Shown here one piece after another: positions 40,504-50,443 of a DNA stretch of 64,000 bases (positions are counted from its first letter, which is position 1; each line of letters starts with the position of its first letter). Made by a program: the position numbers and the translations under genes. The stretch is from an uncultured delta proteobacterium (GTDB lineage Bacteria > Myxococcota > Myxococcia > Myxococcales > Myxococcaceae): NCBI GenBank assembly GCA_963771175.1, contig CAVYSY010000026.1, positions 160,001-224,000 of the forward strand, in the 5' to 3' direction. Below the pieces are notes generated by a model. The model ran no database searches. It had not been told where the DNA came from and saw only the letters and a program-made list of their open reading frames with translations.

Positions 40504-40839
40504 ATGAGTTCCAACAACAGCACGGTCAGTCCAGAACTCCAGCACTACATGCGCTGCACTGCATGTAAGCGGCGCGTAAGCGAGCACGCTCCTGGTAAGT
40601 GCCTCTACCAGGAAACGGCTCTCGCTCCGTTGACACACAACAATTTTTGTTGCGACACCTTCAAGTCCATTGATTCAGAACTGAGCGCTGATCTGCTTGG
40701 TCGGAAGGAAGACGAGCAGCTCTACGTCAAGCGTCACAATGAACTCGTCGCACTGTGCCCGCATCCACCAAATCGAGTGAGCACGGGCGAATACGGCCTG
40801 GAGTTCTGTACCTGCTGTAACTCCGTCATCGAGAGCTAG
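40504..40839 (+). CDS. Cys-rich hypothetical protein
   Basis: CTAC...H...C, CPHPP...CTCC; lower GC. Confidence 0.55.
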   Translation: MSSNNSTVSPELQHYMRCTACKRRVSEHAPGKCLYQETALAPLTHNNFCCDTFKSIDSELSADLLGRKEDEQLYVKRHNELVALCPHPPNRVSTGEYGLEFCTCCNSVIES

Positions 40840-40848
40840 ACGGGCTCG

Positions 40849-40900
40849 ATGAACGAGAAGCTGCAACGCACTCCAAGGGAGGCGGCTCGGGCTGCTCGCC
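40849..40900 (+). pseudogene. 5' remnant of the XRE HTH gene
   Basis: MNEKLQRTPREAARAAR matches the start of 31754-32029, then is deleted. Confidence 0.6.
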
Positions 40901-40918
40901 GTCATCGTCGGCAGGGCA

Positions 40919-41143
40919 TCACGCCAGGATCTCGATTCCGACCAGGACTCCATCCTGGTCGAAGTCGAGCACCACATCGGGACCCGTGTACGAGCCCATG
41001 AGTTCGGCCAGCTTGATCGACTTCGACATCTTGCAGGTCTCTCCGGGGTGACTCGGGAGGCGCAAATAGGCGACGTCCTGATCGTCCTCAGAGACTTGCA
41101 GCTCGAAGCGCCCGAGCTTCTTCTTGGAATCCGCCTGCCCCAT
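40919..41143 (-). CDS. DUF2283-like protein, orphan immunity copy
   Basis: Only a few residues differ from 32126-32350. Confidence 0.8.
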   Translation of the reverse strand: MGQADSKKKLGRFELQVSEDDQDVAYLRLPSHPGETCKMSKSIKLAELMGSYTGPDVVLDFDQDGVLVGIEILA

Positions 41144-41163
41144 TACGGCCTCCAGGCCATGAA

Positions 41164-41598
41164 CTACGGCGTTTCCCCCAGCTCACGGAGCTTGCCGCGT
41201 GCAATCTCGTTCAGCGGCTCCTTCTGGAGGATGCGACGGTAGAGCCGCACTTTCTCGGCCGGCTCACGTGCCAGCGCCGCCTCCAAGGTGAGAACCTGCA
41301 CGTGCTCCGGGTCCAACGCCTGGGCCATGCCGAGCTGCCGACTCGCTTCGCCGTCTTCTCCCATGAGGAAATAGATGAATCCGAATTCAACCCGTGCGAG
41401 CACATCCTTGGGCATCAGCTCCAAGAGTCGTTCATAGGTGGGCACCGATACCTCGGGCTCAGCGTAGAACTTTCCTGCAAGCACCGGGAGTACAGCGGGA
41501 TCGGAAACGTGACGGAGCGCATCGCGGAAGGCCCGCTCTGCCTCTGCTCCTCCTGTCTCCAGCACTCGCTTCGCCAGATATTCGAAATGGTCCGTCAT
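41164..41598 (-). CDS. TPR-like putative immunity protein for toxin 2
   Basis: ATGA overlap with the toxin stop; YERLLELMPKD, ALDPEH, ILQKEPLN TPR-like repeats. Confidence 0.7.
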   Translation of the reverse strand: MTDHFEYLAKRVLETGGAEAERAFRDALRHVSDPAVLPVLAGKFYAEPEVSVPTYERLLELMPKDVLARVEFGFIYFLMGEDGEASRQLGMAQALDPEHVQVLTLEAALAREPAEKVRLYRRILQKEPLNEIARGKLRELGETP

Positions 41599-42900
41599 GG
41601 GGGAATGAAAGCGGTGTTGATGGTGATTCGACCGTCCGTGTACTTGAACCAGCGAATGGTCAGGTTCGCAATCCCCCCGAACCTATCATTGATCTTGAGG
41701 GTGCTCTCGAAGATGGACCCTTTGGGGGTTGTGGCCAATGCGCTCACCTTCCCATCGAGCTGGCGGACAGCGTCGATGAGGAACTGTCGTTGCTCTGGCC
41801 ACGTTGGAGCCAGGCGGTCCAGGTTGTGCTTGGGAACGTCTACGTGCGCATCTTTGACCGAGATGTCATCACCGCTCGCCGGGAGCGGAGCGCTCGTGGC
41901 ACCCGACCCCTGAGCCGACATCGCCACGGCGCCCGGAGTAAGTGCGATGGTGACGGCCTCGGCACTCACGGCAACCGTCTCGACCTCCCCCACTGCCGCG
42001 AGGCGGAGGCCCACCTGCGTCTCCGCCTGCGCCGCCGCCTGCATCGCACCGGGCAGCGTCGGCACCTTCGCCGCTAATCCCGTCGCCGTGTTGCCGAGCA
42101 CCACCGTGGCCAGCATGGCGAACGCACGCGCTGCGTTGCGCCCCATGACCTTCCCGTACCGCTCCCCGGCCCCGCGCAGCTCGTTGAACGTGGCGGCCCG
42201 ATCCACCTCGTCCATCAGCCGCTTGAAGCCCACGACGAGGCCCCAGAAGGTGTCGACGCCCACGTAGGAGATGAGGGTGGCGGTCATCACCGCCGCGAGA
42301 CCCTTCGAGACCGTCACGTCGGGAATCGGAGATGAGGAGCATGTACGTGGTCCAGGTCCAGAGAACCGCCGCCACCATGGCGTGGGGGTCGGCCATGTCC
42401 TTGAACGCCTCCAGCATCTCGTCGAGCACGGCGCCCTTGGCAAGGGCCAGGGCCAGGGCGAAACGGCCGTCCCCGTTGACGATGGGGCTCTCCGTCAGCA
42501 GGCGGAGACAGTCTCCGGGCCTGCCGGTGCGCTCGCACCAGCGCAGATAGTCGCGCGTCAACTCCACCTCCGCCGCCGGTGGTGCCCCCTCCAGATGTTC
42601 GTCCGGCCCGAGCGGAGTGACGCGGCGGCTGTGTGTCTCGTACGTGTACGAACCACTCCGCGCCTCGACCTCGAACAACTTCCGGGCGGCCTCCTGGGGC
42701 CGAGCGGAGGGCCGAATCTCCCAGGCACGCTTCGCCACGGCCTCCTTGAACTCGTCGCCGTTCAACTTCACCGGCTCGGCACCGGAGCGTGGGGTGAAAA
42801 CGAGAGTGTCGGCCTGGCCCGTGTCCAGGCGCACGACCCGAGAAGCGGTAGCACACCCGGCGAGGAGCACCAGCAGCGCCGCCGTCCAGCCCAGCTTCAT
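41595..42900 (-). CDS. sitA5: Second SitA5-type toxin with a different C-terminal tip; 1-nt insertion near 42328
   Basis: N-terminal region nearly identical to toxin 1 up to AVAMSA; tip HVDVPKHNLDRL...ITINTAFIPP. Confidence 0.78.
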
Positions 42901-43123
42901 GGGAATTCCCCCTGATGATGGCCACTCCCTGATTGGTAGCCATTCCAACTGTGTACCCTATTGGTCTGACAACGCCCGGTGTCCGCCGCTCTCGGCGGCG
43001 TCAATCGAGGGGCTCATCAAGAGCGCCCGTGCTTCGGCATAAGGACCTTGGCGGTCATCCCCGCTGACGTCCTGGCTGGTTGGCCAGTTCGTCTTCATCC
43101 AACCCACCCGAGGAGGAATCCAG

Positions 43124-43403
43124 ATGGAACACGTCAGCCTCTCCGCCGAGTTGGGGGAGATTCGTTATGCCATCGAGGGCGCCCACTGGATCGCGGACAG
43201 CGTCGCCATGGGCGCGGTGCCCGACCCGGAGCGGACGCACAGCGCGCCCGTCATCATCAGCGCCATCCTGCTGCTGGTGGAGACCAGGCTGCATCAACTC
43301 GGCCGTGTACTTCGAGGCGAGGAGAATCCGGGGCACTTGTTGACGCCGCACAACGCCACCACCCAGGAGGAGGCGGACAAGGATGACGTGGTTCTGCGGG
43401 CCT
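43124..43403 (+). pseudogene. Truncated copy of the element-conserved hypothetical
   Basis: Matches 33890-34170, then similarity ends abruptly. Confidence 0.6.
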
Positions 43404-43412
43404 GGGTCCAGG

Positions 43413-43736
43413 TCACTTCGGTGCGAGCACCTTCGCGCGGTTCGCCGCGCTCATCGCGTTTGGCCACCCTGCGTAGAACGCGAGGTGCGTGATCATCTCG
43501 ACCAGCTCCTCCTGCGTGACGCCGTTCGCGAGGGCCTTCGGGAAGTGGAAGTCCATCTGCTCGGTCTTGCCCATCGCGATGAGGGCCGCGCAGGTGATGA
43601 GACTCCGGTCGCGCTTGCTGAGCTGCGGTCGCTCCCAGACATCGGCAAAGAGGACTTCATCGGTGAGCTCCACGAGCTTCGGCGCGAAGTCCCCGAGTGC
43701 CTGCTGGGCAGCGGTGGGTTCGGACTTGGTACTCAT
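43413..43736 (-). CDS. Carboxymuconolactone decarboxylase/AhpD family protein
   Basis: LFADVWERPQLSKRDRSLIT, HLAFYAGWP. Confidence 0.9.
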   Translation of the reverse strand: MSTKSEPTAAQQALGDFAPKLVELTDEVLFADVWERPQLSKRDRSLITCAALIAMGKTEQMDFHFPKALANGVTQEELVEMITHLAFYAGWPNAMSAANRAKVLAPK

Positions 43737-43782
43737 GGTGTCTGCTCCTTCTCGGGCGGCAGGTTGCACATCTGACGCGGCT

Positions 43783-44292
43783 TCACGGCGCCTCCTCGGC
43801 CAGCTCGAAGCGGACCACAAAGCCGCCGCGGGCTCCCGCCAGCTTCTCGACCCCCGACTCGATGTGGCCCAGCTTGACGAGCCCGCTCGAGTATCCGAAG
43901 TCGCGATAGAAGATCGCCAGGTTTCCCCACGGGGCGTAGTACGTGAGATCGCCGATCTCTGGGTCCACGCCCGGCGGCGTGCCGCTGGTCGAAAGCCGCC
44001 TCGGCAAGTCGCTCACCTTCTCCGTCCCCGCGTAGTCGCGCAGCGTGAGGTTGAGCGGCAGCAGCGAGACGAAGTCACGCGTCGCGGCGTTGTCGTCCAA
44101 CGTGGCGGTCAAGACCGTGTCTTCCGTGATCAGTCGGAGCTTCATGGTGGCAACCTGTCGGGGTGAACTGTCGGTATCGGTCGAAGGCGACGGTGGGCTC
44201 TCGGCATCCGCCGCACGAGACGGCCCAGTACAGTCGCAGCTCGCCAGGGCGAGGACAGCGAGCACGAGCTTGATGGTCGAACGCCTACGCAT
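43783..44292 (-). CDS. Cyclophilin-like fold protein with N-terminal signal/lipobox
   Basis: RDFVSLLPL...YAGTEK...GDLTYYAPWGNLAIFY. Confidence 0.85.
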   Translation of the reverse strand: MRRRSTIKLVLAVLALASCDCTGPSRAADAESPPSPSTDTDSSPRQVATMKLRLITEDTVLTATLDDNAATRDFVSLLPLNLTLRDYAGTEKVSDLPRRLSTSGTPPGVDPEIGDLTYYAPWGNLAIFYRDFGYSSGLVKLGHIESGVEKLAGARGGFVVRFELAEEAP

Positions 44293-44309
44293 CGGCTCCT
44301 CCCAAGCAC

Positions 44310-45327
44310 TCACGGCCGCAGGAGCGTCTTGATGGCGCGCCTTTCGTCCATCGCGCGGTAGCCCTCGGCGACCTGGTCGAGGGGCAGCGTGAGGTCGAAG
44401 ACCTTTCCGGGTTCGACCTTCCGGTTCCAGACGAGGTCGATGAGGTTCGGCAGGTAGCGGCGCACCGGCGCGGGGCCGCCGTGCAGATGGACGTGCGTGA
44501 AGAACAGGCTCTGCCCGTCGAGGGTGACGCCATGCGGCACGCCGACGTAGCTCACGTAGCCCCCGGGGCGCGTGGCGCCGATCGCCTGCTGCATCGACTC
44601 CTGCGTGCCCACGCACTCGAGCACCGCGTCGGCGCCCACGCCCCTGGTGAGGTCTTTGATGCGCGCGACGCCCTCGGCGCCACGCTCGGTCACGATGTCC
44701 GTCGCGCCGTACTCGCGCGCGAGCCTCTGCCGGGAGGCGTGCCGGCTCATCGCGATGATGCGCTCGGCGCCCATCTGCTTTGCGGCGAGCACGGCGAGGA
44801 GGCCGACCGCTCCGTCGCCCACGACGGTGACGGTCATCCCGGGTTTCACGTTGGCCGCGTCGGCCGCGAACCAGCCGGTCCCGAACACATCGGACGCAGC
44901 CAGCAGGCTCGGCACGAGGTCGTCCGGTGGGACCTCGGGCGTCGCGACGAGCGTCCCGTCGGCGAGCGGGACGCGAAGCCTGGGGGCCTGCGCGCCGACG
45001 ACGGACTCTCGGTGCTGACACGACGTCTGGTAGCCCGCTTTGCAGTGAGGGCAGGTGTTGTCGGAAGCGAAGAAGGAGCCGATGACGAACTGGCCCGGTT
45101 TGACCGAGGTGACGGCGCGTGCCGACCTCCTCGACGATGCCGCAGTACTCGTGGCCCATCGGCGTCGGCTCGGTCACCTCCTGTACGCCTCGATAGGGCC
45201 AGAGGTCCGAGCCGCAGACGCACGTGGCCGAGATCCGGATGACGGCGTCCGTCGGCGTGAGGATCTTCGGGTCGGCTCGCTCTTCGAAACGTACGTCACC
45301 GGGCCTGTAGAGAACGGTGGCTCGCAT
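44310..45327 (-). CDS. Zn-dependent alcohol dehydrogenase family; frameshift near 45120
   Basis: CVCGSDLW, GHE, GDGAVG in two joined frames. Confidence 0.85.
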
Positions 45328-45399
45328 GGCAGTTCCTTTCGTCGTGGCTCGTGGAAGAAACATGCGCCTCCGCGGCCGCACGGAGAAGGCCCGGGTGCG

Positions 45400-45428
45400 G
45401 GATGGGCTGTTAAGCCAGGATTGACAAT
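45400..45428. promoter_or_regulatory. Putative LysR operator 1
   Basis: TGTTAA-N7-TTGACA dyad; repeated at 46478-46506. Confidence 0.6.
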
Positions 45429-45466
45429 CGTCACTGGGGCGGGGATGTAGATCGCAGGCCCAGCCC

Positions 45467-46396
45467 GTGAACACGACCCTGTTTCCCCAGCTCCAAGCCT
45501 TCCTCGCCGTCGCTCGGTCGCGGAGCTTCAGCGGCGCCGCACGCGAGCTCGGTGTCTCGCGCTCGGCGGTGAGCCAAAGCGTGCGCCAGCTCGAGGAGGA
45601 GCTCCGAGTGACCCTCGTTGCACGCACGACGCGCAGCGTGTCCCTCACCGATGCGGGAAGGCGCCTCTTGGAGTCTGCGGGCCCGGCCGTCGCACAGGTG
45701 CGCGCGGCACTCACGGAGGTCACCGCGAAACCTGGGGAGGTGGTCGGCCGCGTGCGGTTGACGGTGCCCCGCTCAGCGTTCCACTTCGTGATCGAGCCCG
45801 TCTTGCCGAAGTTCCGAGAGCGCCATCCTCGCATCGAGGTCGAGCTTGTCTTCGAAGATCGACGGGTGGACATCGTCGGTGAGGGCTACGACGCGGGCAT
45901 TCGCCTGAGTGAGTTCGTCGAGCGCGACATGGTGAGCGTCCGACTCACCGACTCCTTTCGGTTCATCGTCATCGGTGCCCCCGACTACCTCGACAAGCAC
46001 GGGACTCCAGAGCGCCCCGAAGATCTCCTTCATCATGAGTGCCTGACGTTTCGCTCGGACACCACGGGCTCGCTGTATGCGTGGGAGTTCGAACGGGGCC
46101 GCCGGACGTGGCGCGTTCCGGTTCGAGGAAGCCTTGTCGTCAATGACGGTCTTTTCTGCACGGCATGGGCTGAGCAGGGGCTCGGCCTGGCGTACGCGAT
46201 GGAACCTCTGGTCAACGAGCAGCTCCGCACGGGAAGTCTTCGGCGCGTGCTCGAGCCGTACGCTGCGGCTGTTCCCGGCTTCTTTCTCTACTATCCCAGT
46301 CGAGCCCAGAGCTCCGCCCCGCTCCGGCTCTTCGTCGAGACGGTTCGTGAGCTGACCGGGAAGCCGCCGTCGGCGAAGACGCGGCCTCAGCCTTGA
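45467..46396 (+). CDS. LysR regulator (CrgA-like)
   Basis: SFSGAARELGVSRSAVSQ...RTTRSVSLTDAG. Confidence 0.95.
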   Translation: MNTTLFPQLQAFLAVARSRSFSGAARELGVSRSAVSQSVRQLEEELRVTLVARTTRSVSLTDAGRRLLESAGPAVAQVRAALTEVTAKPGEVVGRVRLTVPRSAFHFVIEPVLPKFRERHPRIEVELVFEDRRVDIVGEGYDAGIRLSEFVERDMVSVRLTDSFRFIVIGAPDYLDKHGTPERPEDLLHHECLTFRSDTTGSLYAWEFERGRRTWRVPVRGSLVVNDGLFCTAWAEQGLGLAYAMEPLVNEQLRTGSLRRVLEPYAAAVPGFFLYYPSRAQSSAPLRLFVETVRELTGKPPSAKTRPQP

Positions 46397-46477
46397 GGCC
46401 ATCTCCGGCCTCGCCGTCGAGGTCGTCGAAACCGGGGCGATTTCAACGCGCCGACCCGCCGGCCGACGCCGTCGCGC

Positions 46478-46506
46478 ACTGTCAAGCTCCGCTTAACAGC
46501 CCATCC
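46478..46506. promoter_or_regulatory. Putative LysR operator 2
   Basis: TGTCAA-N7-TTAACAGCCCATCC; 16 nt identical to the reverse complement of operator 1. Confidence 0.6.
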
Positions 46507-46613
46507 ATCAACCGACGCCTAGTTCGTTGACGAGAGCGAGCGCATGTTCCTGTTGCAGCGGTCAGGAGGGCAACAGCGACTGCGGCGATGACGTCACGAC
46601 AAGGAGATCAACG

Positions 46614-47729
46614 ATGGAAACCAGGTCTGATGCCGCGGAAAACGCGGCTCCAAAGCAATCCGTAGGCCTGAGCGTCAGCCGACGCCACCTTGTGAAGTTG
46701 GCAGGTGTCGCTGCCGCCCTGGGGGCGCTCGCTTGCCAGAGTGCGGCGCATCCCACGCGAGGCGCTGCGTTCGCGCAGGGCACCGGGGTCTGGGACAAGA
46801 CCTTTCCGCAAAGCGCTCTGGTGAATCACGAGAAGGTGTCCTTCAACAATCGACTCGGTATCAAGCTCGTCGCTGATCTGTACGTACCCAAGAACCTGGA
46901 CCGGAAGAAGCGCTCCCCCGCCATCGTCGTCGGACACCCGTTCGGTGGCGTAAAGGAACAGACGTCGGGGCTCTACGCCCAGACGATGGCCGAGCGAGGC
47001 TTCGTCACCCTGGCCTTCGACGCTTCCTACAACGGAGAGAGCGGCGGCCAGCCCCACTTCATCGCGTCACCGGAAGCCTTCGTCGAGGATTTCAGCGCCG
47101 CCGTGGACTACCTCGGCCTGAACCCGCTGGTCGACCGGAACCGCCTCGGCGTCATCGGCATCTGCGGCAGCGGCGGATTCGCGCTCAGTGCGGCGCAGAT
47201 CGACCCGCGGATGAAGGCCATCGCGACGGTCAGCATGTACGACATGGGGCGCGATCGCCGGCAAGGCTTTGGCGACACGATGTCCGAGGCGGATCGCAGG
47301 AACGCGCTCGAGGACATCGCCCAGCAGCGCTGGATCGAGGCCGAGGGCGGCGAGAAGAAGTACGTCATCGGGACACCCGAGAAGATCACCGCCGATTCGC
47401 CCGACGCTGCGAAGGAGTTCTACGACTACTACCGCACGCCGCGCGGCCAGCACCCCCGCTCGACGACGGCCATGTCATTGACCAGCAACGGCGCGCTGAT
47501 GCAGTTCTACCCGTTCGAGCACCTCGAGATGATCTCCCCGCGCCCGCTCCTCCTCATCGCGGGCGAGGTCGCCAACTCACGGTACTTCAGCGAGGAAGCG
47601 TTCCGCCGCGCCGCCGAACCGAAGGAACTCTACATCGTACCGGGTGCCGGCCACGTGGATCTGTACGACCGCGTGCAGCTCATCCCCTGGGACAAGCTCA
47701 CGTCGTTCTTCAACGAGCATCTTCGCTGA
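46614..47729 (+). CDS. Tat-exported alpha/beta hydrolase (YcjY-like)
   Basis: SRRHLVK Tat motif; GICGSGG nucleophile elbow; GHVDLYD. Confidence 0.9.
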   Translation: METRSDAAENAAPKQSVGLSVSRRHLVKLAGVAAALGALACQSAAHPTRGAAFAQGTGVWDKTFPQSALVNHEKVSFNNRLGIKLVADLYVPKNLDRKKRSPAIVVGHPFGGVKEQTSGLYAQTMAERGFVTLAFDASYNGESGGQPHFIASPEAFVEDFSAAVDYLGLNPLVDRNRLGVIGICGSGGFALSAAQIDPRMKAIATVSMYDMGRDRRQGFGDTMSEADRRNALEDIAQQRWIEAEGGEKKYVIGTPEKITADSPDAAKEFYDYYRTPRGQHPRSTTAMSLTSNGALMQFYPFEHLEMISPRPLLLIAGEVANSRYFSEEAFRRAAEPKELYIVPGAGHVDLYDRVQLIPWDKLTSFFNEHLR

Positions 47730-47791
47730 ACAGAAGCGCGCACCCCGGGAATGCGTTGAGCGCGTCGGCTGCGCTGAGTGGAGGAAAGACC

Positions 47792-48565
47792 ATGAGTACA
47801 TCGGAAGAGAAGAGGGACTTCGACGGCAAAGTGGCATTCGTGACCGGCGCCGGAACTGGAATCGGCCGCGCCACGGCGCTGGCATTTGCGCGAGGGGGCG
47901 CCAGCGTGGTGGCCACCGGGCTCTCGGAGCAGCACGTACAGGAAACGGCCCACTTGATCGAAGAGGTCGGCGGGCGAGCCCTCGCCGTGAAGTGTGATGT
48001 CACGCGCACGGAGGACGTGCAGTCGGCGCTGGGTAAGACCATCGAGGTCTTCGGGCGCCTGGATTTCGCGTTCAACAACGCAGGGGTGGAGCAGGCGATC
48101 ACGGCGACGGCGGACCTCACAGAGGAGGAGTGGGACCGGATCGTCAACATCAATCTGCGAGCGGTGTTTGTCTGCATGAAGTACGAGATCCCGCTGATCC
48201 TCGAGCAAGGCGGTGGGGCGATCATCAACACCTCTTCGGGCGCTGGCGTGAAGGGCTTTGCTGGTCAAGCCGCCTACGCTGCGGCGAAGCATGGCGTGAT
48301 CGGTCTCACCCGGTCGGCTGCGCTCGACTACGCGAGCTCGAAACTACGCATCAACGCAGTATGTCCCGGGATCATCGCCACGCCGATGATGGATCGGTTT
48401 ACCGGCGGCACTGCAGAAGGCAGGCAGCGCGTGATCTCCCAGGAGCCGGTCGGTCGCATGGGGCAGCCCGAAGAGATCGCCGCGGCGGTGGTCTGGCTGT
48501 GTTCGGAACCGGCCGCCTTCGTCGTCGGACACGCCATGGTGATCGACGGCGGTCAAACGGCGTAG
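47792..48565 (+). CDS. SDR oxidoreductase
   Basis: TGAGTGIG, NNAG, YAAAK. Confidence 0.95.
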   Translation: MSTSEEKRDFDGKVAFVTGAGTGIGRATALAFARGGASVVATGLSEQHVQETAHLIEEVGGRALAVKCDVTRTEDVQSALGKTIEVFGRLDFAFNNAGVEQAITATADLTEEEWDRIVNINLRAVFVCMKYEIPLILEQGGGAIINTSSGAGVKGFAGQAAYAAAKHGVIGLTRSAALDYASSKLRINAVCPGIIATPMMDRFTGGTAEGRQRVISQEPVGRMGQPEEIAAAVVWLCSEPAAFVVGHAMVIDGGQTA

Positions 48566-48729
48566 CGGTGACTGCACGCCCCCGACAGGTCGCTCTACGC
48601 GCCGGGACAGTCCAGGCGAATGGACGGCTCGCACGTTGTTGAACGTGTCCCTGCTCAGCGACAACTACACCTCCCCATCCTGAGTAACGGCAGCCGTCGG
48701 TAGAACCCGGTGACTCCTGAGGCTCGGCG

Positions 48730-49063
48730 TCAGCCGGTCTCATTCTTCAGCCAGTAGGCGCGACCATCACGAAGTGCCCGCACCAGGAAGTCCGAGAAGG
48801 AGGTGGCGATCTGATCGCAATACTTCGGGTCCGGCCACGCCTCGTGCCAGCCGTCGATAACGGGATAGCGGCCATTCTCCTGCCGGGCCACATCCACCAG
48901 CAGGTAGTTGCCGTCCTGCACGTCGCAGATGGCGTACACCGAAGCCGGACCCCATCTATCGTCATCCTCACCGTAGATTGCCACCCGGGCCCGGACTATC
49001 TCCGAGAGAGGAAGTATCTGGTAGGGTGAATCAGGTAGCCGTTCAATCGAGCAAGCTGCTCAT
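48730..49063 (-). pseudogene. SMI1/KNR4-type immunity gene with an internal deletion
   Basis: ATG AGC AGC TTG CTC fused out of frame to PYQILPLSEI...CDVQDGNY...IATSFSDFLVRAL. Confidence 0.65.
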
Positions 49064-49168
49064 TGGCGTGGCCATCATCAATTGTCCGTGTAGGGCAGCT
49101 CGGGTCCCACTGCATTCCAGGGGGCTTTGCCTTCATGCTTGAAGTCCGGCGTCTACATCGGCGCATGG

Positions 49169-50314
49169 CTAATGAGCCGTCGGTGAAGCGTCATTCTCGA
49201 GGGAAGTCTCCACGAGTCCCTCGGTCTGCCCCTCCCGCGCACGCACGGCCCGGGGCAGGTGCAGACGGAAGGTGCTGCCCCGGCCCAGCTCGCTCTCCAG
49301 TTCCAGCGTCCCGCCCTGCGCCACCGCGGCACGGAAAGCGATGCTCAAGCCCAGCCCAACGCCACCGGGTTGCCCGGGCCGCACGGGCCGGAAAAGCTCT
49401 CGCTGGCGCTCGGGGCTGATGCCGGGGCCGGAGTCCTCCACCTTGAACACCACCTCGTCCTCCTGCTCCTCCAGCGTGACGCGCACGAAGCCCTTTTCGG
49501 TGTACTTGATGGCGTTCTGGATGAGGTTTCCGAGCGCGTCCACCAACAGGTCCCGGTCCACCCGCATGCGCGCGGACCGGTTGGCGGAGATGTCGAGCCG
49601 CAAGCCCTTGCCGCTGGCATCGTGCTCGTAATCCGCGACGAGCTGGTCGATGACCTGGGCCGGGGCGAGGGTCTCCGGGTGGACCGGCAGCTCCTCGGGT
49701 TTGAAGCGCTCCAGCCGGAGGATGCCGTCGACAAGCCGGCTCAGCCGGCCCACCGTGCGGCGTAGCCGCTCCACGGCCCGGGTGTCCGGCGCGCCCTGCC
49801 CTCTTTCTAGCTGCTGGACATACAGGTTCAGCGTGGAGACAGGCGTGCGCAACTGGTGTGCGATGCCCGCCACGTACTCCGAGCGCTCACGGGCCACCTC
49901 CTCCGCCTGGTACTTCGCGAACCGGCGCGCCGACTCGGCGGCGAGATCGAAGATGGCGATGGAGAAGAACGAGTAATCCTGGACGGAAACCTGCTCGTCC
50001 CGCTCGTCAAGCCAGATGCGGACCGCCTCGATGACGTAGGCGTACTCGCGCACCACCTCCTCGATGGGCACCGCATCGCGCACGCGCTGCTCGGGGTCCA
50101 TCCGTCCGTGGTGCTCCCACAACTTCCGGGGAGACTCAGAGGCTCCTCCCTCGCGCAGCGCACCGCCGATGGTCCGGAGTTGGACGGGCAGGTGGTTCTT
50201 GATTGCGGCCTCCGTCATTTCCGGGATCGCGGGCCCCTCCTGACACCACCGCTCGTACCACCGTTGCACGAGCTCGTCGGTATGGTTGCAGAGCAGCTCT
50301 CCGAGTGAGGCCAT
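49169..50314 (-). CDS. Sensor histidine kinase (RsbRD_N-like, HisKA, HATPase)
   Basis: IAHQLRTP, NAIKYT, DSGPGI, GLGL. Confidence 0.92.
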   Translation of the reverse strand: MASLGELLCNHTDELVQRWYERWCQEGPAIPEMTEAAIKNHLPVQLRTIGGALREGGASESPRKLWEHHGRMDPEQRVRDAVPIEEVVREYAYVIEAVRIWLDERDEQVSVQDYSFFSIAIFDLAAESARRFAKYQAEEVARERSEYVAGIAHQLRTPVSTLNLYVQQLERGQGAPDTRAVERLRRTVGRLSRLVDGILRLERFKPEELPVHPETLAPAQVIDQLVADYEHDASGKGLRLDISANRSARMRVDRDLLVDALGNLIQNAIKYTEKGFVRVTLEEQEDEVVFKVEDSGPGISPERQRELFRPVRPGQPGGVGLGLSIAFRAAVAQGGTLELESELGRGSTFRLHLPRAVRAREGQTEGLVETSLENDASPTAH

Positions 50315-50443
50315 TCCTCGCCTTCCCATGGGGCACCAGGCCACAGAGGAAGATGGCGATTGCGACCGTTATTGCCCACACCGCCCCCGGTGCCCCATCG
50401 AGAAGGGGGCAGCCGACCGAGCAGGGACGCCTGTTGAACCAGC

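Larger units (their letters stand above)
39604..43403. mobile_element. Decayed tandem sibling element (element 2); right end lost
   Basis: Same order as element 1: terminator, arm motif, int', cargo, HTH remnant, DUF2283, sitA5, hypothetical. Confidence 0.78.

Noticed and set aside
43783..45873. 696-aa ADH/cyclophilin fusion ORF
   Set aside because: Artefact of the frameshift near 45120; two separate genes with their own starts.
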